From Phoronis australis (lineage: Eukaryota; Animalia; Phoronida), in assembly GCA_002633005.1 (NCBI GenBank), contig NMRA01000329.1, positions 271,219 through 335,218 of the forward strand: DNA of 64,000 nucleotides. Direction: 5' to 3'. Of this stretch, positions 25,901-37,257 are shown piece by piece. The position numbers and the translations under genes are program-made. Positions within the stretch are counted from its first letter, which is position 1. Each line of letters begins with the position of its first letter. A model generated the notes under the pieces. The model was not told the origin of the DNA. It saw only the letters and a program-made list of their open reading frames with translations, and ran no database searches.

Positions 25901-27603
25901 GGGAGATACAGACATGGGCGCAAAAAAAACTGCCACTAGGAGGTGCCACAGTAATCAAAGTCATGGGAAATTCAGCGTCAACCGTCCTCTTCATAGTAAG
26001 AACATACATGCAAATTTTCACAATCATACTTAGAGCGGTTTGGTTGATAGAGGGGTGGACGCCAAAAAACAGACTCCAGGTAAAAGTAAAAAAATAAAAT
26101 TGCCACTAGGGGGCACACTGGAAGGCGGATCTGTCCAAAAGTCGTCGTCTGTTGTTAACATCATATAAATACACTTATTAAATTTCGTAAAGATCCTGCG
26201 AACGGTTTAGGAGATACAGCCATAGGCGCAAAAAAACAAAACTGCCACTAGGAGGAGCCACAGTAGTTCAAATCGTCTGAAAATCATTGTCAGCTGTCCT
26301 CTTTATAGTAAGCACATACATGCCAATTTTCACAATCATCCTTTGAGCGGTTTGGTTGATAGAGGGGTGGAGGCAAAAATACAGACTCGAAAACAGTAAA
26401 AATGGCCACTAGGTGGCGCAAACTATGTCGAATCCATCTGAAAACGGGAGGATAGCACCATCTCACTAATAGGTGCCTACATACCAAATTTCATGAAAAT
26501 CCATTCAGGACTTTTGAAGATGCAAAAGTAAGTGTAAAAAAATAAAATTGCCACTAGGGGGCACACCGGTAGTCGGATCCGTCCAAAAGTTCGCATGTTC
26601 TGTCCCATTCGTAAATGGAACATATGTGCCAAATTTCATGAACGTATGTCAAAGGGTTTTGGAGATAAAGCAGCGGACGCCGGACGGATGCTGCCCAGAC
26701 GGACGGACGGAGATGACGGCATAATGCGTCCACACATAAATATGTGGGCGAATAATAACTAAATATTAAGGAGGGGTTATACCTTTTTAATTTTGTGTGT
26801 TTCTCTTTCACTACCGCAAGTTCCTTTTGAAGCTCTTTGTTTCGGTTACGTCTAAGTGCCCTAATCTGCTGGTTCTTTTTCACTAGGCATACTTCCTTCC
26901 TCTTCAGCTGCCGTCTGAGCTGCTGAATCTTAGACGACTTAAGATTGAGCCTCAAATTACGTATACTGGTCTGGAACTTCTTTTTTTCGGTAGATCTCGA
27001 TTTTGTCACAAATTCTAACCGTTTCTTCAACTGAGTTTTATGTGGCGTTAGCACAACTCTTAGGGACGAACGCACAGCAGGTTTTGGTGACCTTTGATCC
27101 AAGGGCTCCTGATCTGTCGAAGGACCAGCAATAGATTCAGCCGGACTCAGGGGATTTGACATTGATGAACTTGGGGGTCTTGACACAGCTGAAGTGGAGG
27201 GTTTTGATGCAGCTGAACTTGGGTGTCTGGATGCAACCGGTTCTTGGGGTGTAACAACTTCAGTAATGATGGCAGGCGTAAATGAAAAACTTTGATGACA
27301 GACATGGGAAAAGGAGGCCATTGTGCTTTCCCTTGATAAGCTCTTGTACTTCTTCAAAGACCTATTCACCAATGTATTTATGTGAGAGGATTGGACCTTC
27401 CAGTCACCCACTACTGTTTCCTTTAGCATAGTTGCAGTTGCAGCCAATGAAGAATTGCACTTGATGTACAGGAACAGCACATGCCCATTCTTCACATCTT
27501 CACAACTGGTAGGCACATCGCAGAACTGTTCTTCCACGTACTGACGAGCTAAGCCAGGTTTATCAGAAAGTAGTGACAGCTTTCTTTTCTTTTTTGGTGG
27601 CAT
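22981..27603 (-). CDS. Putative ~950-aa DDE transposase with C-terminal Tudor/Spindlin-like domain; coding exons 26783-27603 and 22981-25094; one frameshift at ~24712; probable 5' UTR exon ending at 28466
   Basis: Acceptor ttttcag|gATG at 27604, donor AAAAG|gtataa at 26783 and acceptor tttttag|G at 25094 join ORFs 26554-27603 and 24710-25042 in frame. After a 1-nt shift the frame continues DVTLGFDATTQIGVHVN...ELPGGTAADY into ORF 22981-24573 with MTDRAAVN, CHLH, RGNRLHILF and HNMDSEEVMG. Strong donor cag|gtaagt at 28466. This copy may be a pseudogene. Confidence 0.75.
25393..26758 (+). mobile_element. Non-autonomous Helentron-type (HINE/DINE-1-like) element with internal tandem repeats, nested in the transposase intron
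   Basis: Begins acaagag. Internal alternating ~140/~170-bp subrepeats each start aa(t/c)tgccactagg. GACG microsatellite at ~26675-26710, short 3' hairpin (ccacacataaatatgtggg), then aataat. The first ~300 bp recur inverted at 55882-56183. Confidence 0.75.
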
Positions 27604-28624
27604 CCTGAAAACAAAAAAAATATTGAAATGTGTGATTCTGAATGTTTATACCAAGGAAAGTTCTTCTTTGCAAATGTAAAAGGTAATTGTACTCCACTGG
27701 CTGTGTATTAAAAAGAACTAAAAATTGGCTAACAGTAATGCACTTCATTTCAGCCCCGAAAACACTTTGATGAAATGTTGCTTTGCAAAAATAACATCTA
27801 CTATCAGTTATCAAAGAAGTTTGTTCCCATCTAAGTTTCTTGAAGTGAGATTGTAAATTAGAAACCACTTTTACCATAAAAATATGTTGAAAACAAAGAA
27901 CAAAATTTTATATTGAAATTTATCAAGCAAGTTTGAAATGACAAGAACAATGAAAATGCATTGACGAAATAATTTCTTCTGTCAAAATGAATATAAAGTA
28001 TTTCAAAAATGTTCACAAAAGGCTAGCTCATCCAGCAATGTGCATTGTTTACATTCGTCAGTCAGCTGTCCTTTGTTTGGCAGCCGCTGTTCATTTATTT
28101 AACAAACAAACCAATCACATTGTCAGAATCATGTCACGTGACCTGGGTTCCTGCGACAAAAATCATTATATTTAGACCACAAATAACAATTAATATCCCC
28201 AAATGTAAATCTAACTTGTACTTGGCGACTTTCAAAACGCAAAACAATTGGAGAAAAGGAACTGGTCACTAGAAAAAAGATTCGTTTCATGACCAAGAAA
28301 ATTTCCGTTCATCCAACATGGCCGTAACACTACAAATCCGAGTACCATAGTTGGGGATTGAAAAAACTATGAGGGGATCAATAGATCTTCATAAAAATCG
28401 GCATGTAAATTCATAAAGGGTTAAATTTACGCGACGTGATATATTCATACAAAAACGTAACTTACCTGAAGAAATGCGATGACTTCACGATGAAAAACAA
28501 CTTTCCTACACGAACAGCATGGGAATGAAAACGTGAAACAACTTAATTCATGACGTATCATTCAAGGGTGTGTGTTCTACGTCATCAAAACCTTCGGTGC
28601 TTTGTTCTTACAGTTTTTACGGAN

Positions 28625-29310
28625 CTCCCGCGATATCTCAGGCGACCGGCAGAAGCGCTGGGCACTACGACTCCGTTTCCATCGTCTGCTCCACTGTGCA
28701 ATGAAGAAAATTACTTCATTTTTTAAAGAAAATGGAATCTGAGTGATGGTGAAAAAACAGAAGCTGCTGGTAAGACATCAAATTTAATCGAAGCCTTAGT
28801 GAATCACTCAGAAACTTACGATAAAATTCTCTCTTTGTCAAACTTTAACTTAAGACAATTTCCAAAGCAATCGCGTCCTTATTGCCAACACAAAAAACAG
28901 ATTTGGTCTTTTGGACAACTGAAGACTATTTTAAATACAACAAATCTGTTAGGCCTACGAACTGATTGCACAAAATATAAAACATGTAATAAGCATTAAT
29001 TACAAACAGAAGGAGGTTTCGCGCGCAATCGCTGTGAACCATAAACAAGTAGGTCTCTTAGTAACGCGCATTGTCCACCAGGTCGTGAGTTTGAGTCTGT
29101 GGTACTTGCAGTTTTTCCTGGCTGACACCTTCTTAGTTTTGTTTTTTTTTTTGCCTTTTTTCTTGGATAATACTTCGGGAATCAAGGAAAATGCTTGATT
29201 TTTAGAGGAAAAAAAAGAAAAATGTCCTGGGCGGGAGGGGGCAAACCTTGCTTTGACCAAATGTTTACAGACAAAATGTTGCCCCCCTTGTGATATCCTA
29301 GATCCGCCAC
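28625..29310 (+). mobile_element. Partial copy of the element at 61693-62689
   Basis: ctcccgcgatatc.caggcgacc...ccccccttgtgatatcctagatccgccac aligns along its length with 61925-62687. Confidence 0.85.
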
Positions 29311-30205
29311 GTAGCACAGCTTAGAAAATTTTTAAAAAGTTACTCAGCTACATTGAAATTTGAACACACATCTTAGCCGAGTACAGAGATTTCATTGCTT
29401 ACTTCTCTCCGAGCCAGTTCTAAATGTCGTCTAGTCTTCTACGCTGGCATTTTCCTCTGCGATGCTTGCTGGTTCCCTGTGCGCCACTACGTGGGGCGGT
29501 AGCCACGCCAGCATGCAGGTATCACTTAATTTTCCTTGGTAAATTTTTTACAACGGCGTTTCTGATTGGCTAGTCAAATTCTCAACAGGCAGCGCTTTAC
29601 GCAAACAAACTGGCATGACTGATGGACTGAAGTGTAAATGTGGTCTGTTGTACAGACAAATCGGCACTTACAGTTTATGTTCAGGAAATGAAAAGCCTAG
29701 AAATTGTGATTGCGACTTTTCGGAATGCATCTTTTTACTTTCGATGACTTTTGTTTACGATACTGTCCTGTATTCATACAGTATGAATAACACACCGGTT
29801 AAATCAGCCAGATAAATGTGTTTATTGTGCATGTTTGTGCTTCAAGCAAGTGGAAATTAAACATCACTGCAGAAATGAAATAGTTGCTGCGACGCCACTT
29901 GCATGACAAGGCTAAAAATCGTTCACAGTCCGCCATTTTTTTACGGTGTTGTAAAGCTAAATAATGACTGCCAAGGTTACATCGACCAATGCTGAAGCAC
30001 GAGCCACTGCGTGATACCTGCATGCTGGTTGGGTTAAGCACGCAGGAAACCACAGAGACACTCACTGACGCCTTGCTATGCAAGGCTACCTAATTCTATA
30101 AGCACCTCCTTGTGATGGTCACGTGACACAACAACTCATTTCTTCGTCTCCGGCGAGTGTGCAAAAAAGCCCTAAATTGGTCCAGGTGCATAAAGTTTAC
30201 GTAAG

Positions 30206-30340
30206 CAGTGGCGGATTGAGGGGGGGAGGGGACAAGGGGGCCATGGCCCCTCTAAACTTCTCCCATATTCCATTTGGCAGCTCGGGGTGCAAATGTCTGC
30301 CATGTCCCCCCCCAAACTCAAAATCCTGGATTCGCCCCTG
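30206..30340. mobile_element. Short CAGTGGCGGAT-ended MITE (related to 36380-36530)
   Basis: cagtggcggat ... aaaatcctggattcgcccctg; internal sequence similar to the copy at 36380. Confidence 0.75.
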
Positions 30341-30519
30341 AAGACTTGCGGAAAACAGGGATTCAATCTAAAACATGCAGGGGCAGGAAGGCAACAATCA
30401 GTATGTATTATTTGGAATTGACATGAACAAAGAATTCAGAAAATACCAACACTGTATTACTATGATAGTAATTCTGTAACCCAGTGAGTGGATGCAACAC
30501 CTCTCGACAATTTCATAGG

Positions 30520-30680
30520 TGATTACCTACTACCTTGTACTGGGCCTAGACAGGGATCACCGTCTCTTGCTGGGCCAGCTAGAGATGCTGATCACTGTGT
30601 ATACTGGGCCCACTATCTATGCTGGGCCAGCTAGATACGGTGACCACTGTCTAGGCCCAGTACAAGGCAGTAGGCGATCA
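30520..30680. repeat. Palindromic repeat (hairpin) with related fragments at ~20960-21007 and ~30715-30765
   Basis: tgattacctactaccttgtactgggcctagacag is inverted by ctgtctaggcccagtacaaggcagtaggcgatca; gctgggccagctaga is repeated internally. Confidence 0.7.
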
Positions 30681-30990
30681 GTAATAATTTAGTAATATAT
30701 AAAGTCTTTAAAAGTCACGGTCTATACTAGCGGTGCCAGGAGAGACGGTGGTCACTGTCTAGTGGCTAGTTAGCCAGCCAGCTAGCTGTATGAAGACTAT
30801 CGTATACAGATTCGTACCATCAAGGCTAATGGCTAGTATAATTTTGGAGTCAAGGGCCTTTCTTCAGACTTGAGATTCGCAAAACGTAAAGAATACTTAC
30901 GAGCGTGCGGATGTCTATCTTTTAGCGCTACCTTGCGTTAGATATTTTAACTAAAAAGTTTTGCGGATAGATAATAGAGGGCATCAGAAT

Positions 30991-32427
30991 CACGGGTGAG
31001 AAACAAAAGTCGGTCCTCTAAATCGGACTGACTCACCCAAAAGAGGACCTCCGGGAATCAAATGGGATCGTCGCACCAGAAAATGGGACTGACGCCCCTA
31101 AAAACATGAACGCCCCACCAGAAAACAGGACCGCCGGGGACTGAACAGACCGCCGGACAATATGTAGTTGTCAATGTCTTTGTATGATAGGCCTACTGTG
31201 CTTGTGATTACGTAACCGGTCAGCTAGCTGTGTAAAGACTCGCCAAAATAAAGCTTGTTAGCACTGCGTTATGGAACTCCGTTACATCCCCGAAATTTTC
31301 CACAGCCCGGGTATAGTTCTGCTCGTCACCTCGTCGTGAAACTTATATCAACATGTAGAGCTAGCGAGCAGAGCAGGCGCACATGCAAAATCGAGGAGTC
31401 AGCAACACTCACCTTGCAGGTTGCAGCGCTGCTGAAGTGAAAAACAATCTAATGAACGTCATTTGTTTGCCTAATGTAACAAAAAGTCTGTCGCGCTCGT
31501 GACATGAGCACGGGACATGTCCTAAAATTTTGCGACATCTTTCGGAAGATGATGACTTAACTTCGCAGAAGCACGGTTTGTTCTGAAATTCGATTTGCTG
31601 GTATTAAAATACTAAAAACTTATGAAGAAATGAAACCATGCAGTTCCGATAATTTGTTGTGCCATGTAAGCAACCTCGTAGAAGAGAAGAAGAGCTGACT
31701 GAACGGTGAAAAAATTGAGGAACTGGTCAATGTAAGCCGACCTAGAAAAGAACGCATCTCAATTTTAGCAAAAATACGACAGAACGACAATTTTTCCCGG
31801 CGAGTGCCGATAAATAATTTAGTTTACTCAAGGGAGAGTGTCGTTAATAACACTAATTCGGTGAAGATTTTATATGTTCAGTTTTTTACCCACATCGGCA
31901 CCAACCTGTATATTTAGTATACTGCTTTGCCGCACAAAGGCTGGTTATGATGCTTCACCCGAGAACCAGAACGCCCGTCAAATTGGAGAAAACGATTTTC
32001 ATTTTGTTCTAAAACTTGCGCAGTGGATAAAGTTATAATTATTTAGCTCAAAAGCGGGCAACGTGGTTGGTTTGTGGTTAAAACTCAAAAGCGCCGCTTG
32101 TAATTACAAAGCGAAGTGCTCTGTAGCGCACAAAAGATTTCGTTGGAGTAATCGGCACGAGACCTGCATATGCTTACGTATATAGCTCCATTGTATGATC
32201 TGTATAGCCCTACCGGTAATAAATCTTAACTTGTTTGTCACTGCAGTTTCAATTCCCGGCGGTCATGTTCAGTCCCCGGCAGTCCTGTTTTCTGGTGGGT
32301 CGTTCATGTTTTTAGGTGCGTCAGTCCCATTTTCTGGTGCGACGGTCCCATTTAATCCCCGGAGGTCCTGTTTTGGTTAGTCGGTCCGATTTAAGAGGAC
32401 TGGCGGTCATGTTGTTTCTCACCCGTG
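30991..32427. mobile_element. Non-autonomous DNA transposon with CAC...GTG termini, ~165-bp TIRs and 5-bp TSD (Transib-like)
   Basis: AGAAT|cacgggtgagaaaca ... tgtttctcacccgtg|AGAAT. TIR arms (30991-~31156, ~32257-32427) are built of ~20-bp ccagaaaa.g.gac subrepeats. No long ORF inside. Confidence 0.85.
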
Positions 32428-33819
32428 AGAATCATTTCACTTCAAAAGCCACGTTTCCATTCGGCTTCGCGCGCCTAACCGTAAAGTACGTGTGCAACTT
32501 GAAATATTTCATTCAGGAAAGAATTGCATGCATTTATTTGTAAATATGACAAATTATGGCAACAAAAATGAGAGCGCATCGACAATAAAAGTTGGAAAAA
32601 ATAATTTTACTTATCGATCCATTGAGGGCCAGGGTGAAGAGAAACAAACAACATTTTATCATAGTTCGTGTTTTTATCTCCGGATTAGTTACTATAACAA
32701 AAATTCGCAGTAATGACGTATTATAATTCGTTGATTTGACCAATGCGGTAAATTCTGTATCTATCTCATTGGTTTGACTCAACAATAAATAATATACTGA
32801 TAACTGTCGTGTCGTTAAGTTTTTATGGGTTAGATAAACGGCCCAGCGCCAAGGCATTATTTGCGATTGAAATTTACCCCCGAGATTTATTCCATGGCCA
32901 CGATAAACTATTTGTATTAACTCTGATGTATTTTTATGATAGATTTGTATTGTTAACTCTATATTAAGTGCCCCCCCACTCCCCCGGCAGTGAAGCAGTG
33001 TTTGCCGTTTGGAGGACTTGTTTGTATTTTACTCTACAAAGTGTATAAAAGTTAATAAATATATCATCCCCTCCCTATCTGTAATGCGTAAACAAAAGTT
33101 CTTTACACACGAGTGTTCTTCAAAATCAGATACAAAATTATTCCTTTTAGTGTGTTTTTCATATATTTCATACACGCCTTGTGTGTTTTTGACAGAACGC
33201 ATTCTGTTGGCTCTCTGATCACTTGTGAAATCTTTTCCTGTAGGCCTACTCTACCTCATGAGCAACACTGGTGGACTGTCTGTATAAGCTATACACGCGC
33301 ATCCACACACACGCACACGCACTCACACAAGCGCGCGCGGGCACGCATACACATATGTACGTAAACATGTGCAATGTATACACATATTTATTGATTGTTT
33401 ATTTAGTCATAGGCCGCCGTGAATTCAAAACTTTACCACTACACCCACATTCAATAAATACAGACGCATGTGCTACAAAAATAAGAAAACAAATATGCAA
33501 CCATGCCTCTTGAAACAAACGTTTTCTTAGTTTCATCGCCAAAACCATACTTTGCCACCTGATTTGGACCAAGGTTTCATTAGATCTCAGTGCTGTGTGA
33601 ATCTGTTCAGGACTACAATTTTCTTACAAAGATTCTGGCAACGTACATTGCCTAAAGTTTTCTAGCGTTTCGCATCGACAGAAAAAAAAACATACTCATC
33701 TTCGTTCTCGCCATTTAAACACAATTTACAATACCTGTGTTACCTTGGAACAGTTGGTCCCCTCCCCTTTTCTATCATTAAACCGTGTGAGGACACATGA
33801 ACCTGAGATGCTCATCTGT

Positions 33820-34670
33820 AGGATTTGATAAAATGGTATACCCAATCATTAGCTATGGAAGTGAGATTTGGGGATTTAAAGAGTAGTCTAGTATCGAGCG
33901 CGTCCAATTGAAATTCTGTAAGCAACTGCTGGGTGTTGGAAGTAACTGTCCAAATCATGCTGTCCTGGGAGAACTGGGAAAGTATCCAATTTATGTAAAG
34001 CTGTTTGTTAAACTGATCAAGTATTGGTTTAAATTGTTAAAAATGCCAGCACATCGAAATCCAAAATCTGTCTATGACAAGCTTGTCACATTGGATGAGG
34101 CTGGTAGGAAATATTGGGCTTCATCTGTTAGGAATTTGCTGCAAAGGTATGGTTTTGGTTTGGTATGGTACAATCAGGGAGTTGGCTGCGAAGCATCGTT
34201 TTTTGTCATTTTTGAGCAGCGAATTAAAGATTGTTTTTTACAAGACTGGAGCTTTGCTGTGGAGAATAGTTCAAAACTTAATACATATTTCTCATTTAAA
34301 ATTGATTTTGAAATGGAATCCTATCTGTTGCGTGACATTCCATATATCTTTTTAGCAGCTATGGCTAAATTACGTTGCTCCAACCACAACTTGATGATAG
34401 AGAAAGGTAGACATACTCTCGTGGACCAAAAATACCGTGTGTGTTGTTTCTGTGTGTCCCTAATTGAAGATGAATACCATTTTATATGTGTTTGTAAAAT
34501 GTACTGCTCTCTGAGAACTGCATTTATACCTGAGTAGTGCTGGCGTGAACCAAATAAACATAAATTTGTAAAACTTATGAAAATTCGGAGCCCATTGCTC
34601 AGATTAATCTAATGAAATTTGTATTTCACGCCACTGCTCTCAGGGAAAAGCTGCTCAGCGTTATCCTGTA
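33820..34670 (+). mobile_element. 5'-truncated non-LTR retrotransposon (LINE ORF2 C-terminus, RTEX-like), inactivated
   Basis: FDKMVYPIISYGSEIWGF then an in-frame stop, then IERVQLKFCKQLLGV...AVLGELGKYP...KLRCSNHNLMIEKGR...CCFC...EDEYHFICVC: the post-RT region with the CCHC knuckle. Another stop at 34537. Confidence 0.85.
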
Positions 34671-36379
34671 AATTTTATGTAACATGTGGACCAAGGCCTT
34701 AAATGTTGAAATACATGAATTTGATTTTAACCACCGGCTAAATGATAATGTTCAAAAAACTATTTTTCACCACTTTGTACAGGGAGAGCATTGAAGAGTC
34801 TTCTACCATCATTCTGAACAAAGTTAAACAGCCTCTTGCAGATCTTTTACAAATTTCACCTTAAGCTATTTGTGATTAATTGGTTGGTCCACGCTTTCCA
34901 AAAATTCAATTTTTCGAAAATTTAAGATTTTTCTTCCAGTCGCAACGTCTGTCTGTGGCACTTTTCCGAGTAGTTATGCAAAAGCAATGGATCGTGGAAA
35001 TTTCCCAACCCCAAGACCTATGCTGTTGTACTTTTCCAATCTTCGACGTGTAAGTCACGCGATAATGAAAGAACGTCAAAGACCGTTAATCACCTATGAA
35101 ACTTGACCTACATAGTCATACGTCGAATTTACTTTAAAAAAATTGCTCTGTAAAAATCTTCCGACTTCAAGCGTGAGCCATTCGAAGTGAAAATATGTGA
35201 AAGCCCCATCCATTGCCGCAGTGATTCGCAGGTCAAGACCGTGTATGCTGTGAAACACAATTTTCTTGTTATTATTGAAACTATAGCTTGTAGTAACTTC
35301 ATTTCGATGCACGTACCACATTAGAACGTCAACAGTGCACCCAAGTCCTGATTTTGCTATTTTTGCATGACATGTGTCGTGTCTAGATGTCTCTTTCCAA
35401 CAAATAAACAAACTCGCACAATAAAATACCATGAGTCAGCAACTTCAACTTATCATTTATTTTATCTGTAAAAAACGTCTCGGCATTTTGAAACGCACTG
35501 ATACAAGCCGAGCCCATTACAAGACTGAAGATTTTTCAGTGTCGGCCGGATCCAGTTCCCGTCAGTCTTAGCTACTGTTGTCTCCAAGCCTGGTCTCCAA
35601 AGTTCTTACACATTTCTGCTCTCTAGACATTTTCAATGATTGTTTCTCCAGTCGTCACAGTTTCCCGGCCATCCCCAGACTTTGTAGGCACATTGATAAG
35701 CAGCAGCTCATTGGGGGAACTAACACGAGGTTACGCCATTATGACTCCGAAAATAATCAGTATACTAGTATTTTAAGATTTTTTATTTTCATTTTCAACT
35801 TATTGACTGTCAAAATATCATTACGGGAACATTTATACGTACATCCACGTGATCACTAGTACTATGAAGCCTTGTTCAACAAAAAAACACCCCGTAGCCT
35901 GCTTTTTAGGAATAAAAACAGAAGAGGTAAAATTGATACCATACTGATATTTGATTTTATTTAGAGAGATTTGACAAGATATAATGTAGAGAAAACACGG
36001 AAAGCGTTGTAGTTAGCCAGCTGAGCAAAGCAGGCCCAATGAAAAATGCCGGGGAACCGTGGCATAGACCGACACCGGGCACATGGCACATCATTACTTC
36101 AACGCCAAGTCTGCCTCCCCCCAATCTCCCCGGGGTGGTCGTGACACTCTCTCCCCCATGGGCGCCACAAACGTCACTCCCGACGATTATCTTTGTCAAA
36201 TATCGCACGCCCTGTCGGTGTTTGTAACTGAGGACGGTGCTCTGTTTAAAATAACTAATAATTGGGGGGAGTCTGGTACACGTTGAACCAGCTAGACGTG
36301 AGCTGGCGACACAGATGGGTTCATATCGCAATGGTCACTTGAAACCATTTTATACGTTACTAATATACTGTTAAAAACC

Positions 36380-36530
36380 CAGTGGCGGATGGGGGGGCCA
36401 AGGGGGCTATGGCCCGGCCCCTAAAATTCTCCAAGATTCCATTGAGCAGTTCGGGAGTGCCAATGTCTGACAGGTAAAATCCTGGATAATACTCTGCCCT
36501 GGTCGGCTCAAAATCCTGGATCCTCCCATG
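36380..36530. mobile_element. Short CAGTGGCGGAT-ended MITE with 5-bp TSD
   Basis: AAACC|cagtggcggat...ggatcctcccatg|AAACC. Confidence 0.75.
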
Positions 36531-37029
36531 AAACCGAGCTCAGAGCTAGACACTTATCCCTCTCGACCACACTGCCTCCTCTCGGTCCCATGGCTTCCTA
36601 AGCTACATGTACGTACCTTCCTGTCCTGTCATGATAATCACTTGTAAAGTACAGTGTCATAAACACTTTAAAAATAACTTTTCAGTATGTGTGTACGTAT
36701 CCAAGCGTGACCAGCTTGACACTATTTTTCACCCGGGGCTCGTCCACCAAGTTCAGTCCAGACAAGTTTGCATAACTGCCGGTACAGGCTAGTGGACACA
36801 CAATCGACCGCCGGTTAACAAAAATTCTTGATTGCCTGTACTGAGAAGTCTAAGGACTTGTGTTGCATTTGATAAAATGCCACACAGCCATCAAAATGAA
36901 ATATAAAATAGTTAAGAAAATATTCATACACCGTCTATGCGGAACAAAATGCCCCGTGGTGACCCTAAGTCTGTGGAAATGTAAACAATCCGAGACCTGC
37001 AAGTCACGTTGGTGTGATCACAGCATTCA

Positions 37030-37155
37030 CACGTGAAGCCTGTGGTAAATATGCCGGCTCTCCAATCACAAGCGGCATAACACCCCATTCATAAAATGTA
37101 ACCAATAGGCTTAACGATTAGACAGACCTGAACCACATGACCTGCACTATATAAA
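37030..37155 (+). promoter_or_regulatory. Candidate PSAT1 core promoter: E-box, two CCAAT boxes, TATA box
   Basis: CACGTG 37030-35, CCAAT 37062-66 and 37102-06, TATATAAA 37148-55, about 100 bp upstream of the ATG at 37258. Motif-only evidence. Confidence 0.55.
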
Positions 37156-37257
37156 TTGACCCCTATTTCCAATATGTTGCCTCTTTGTTTACTGATCCGA
37201 GCGGAGCAACTTACGGAGCGACCGAACGAATTTCTGCAAAAATACGCAACTGTCAAT

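Larger units (their letters stand above)
21500..28623 (-). mobile_element. Large DNA transposon (DDE/CxxH, hAT-related) carrying a spliced transposase gene; boundaries approximate, right end probably lost at the N join 28624
   Basis: Putative left terminus agggacgtgacaaaaatttttttttt with subterminal palindrome gaaagctctcatcaagagctttc begins directly after the MITE. Contains the transposase gene below. No matching inverted terminus was found before the N at 28624. Confidence 0.6.

Noticed and set aside
25780-26600. Regularly spaced repeats as a CRISPR-like array
   Set aside because: The intervening sequences are homologous to each other (alternating satellite units), the context is eukaryotic, and no cas genes are present.
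26554-26782. C-terminal tail of ORF 26554-27603
   Set aside because: Reads past the splice donor at 26783 into intron/HINE sequence.
30850-30900. Minus-strand RISSLKKG as EIF2B2 exon 1
   Set aside because: No ATG in frame and no phase-2 donor; followed by a stop.
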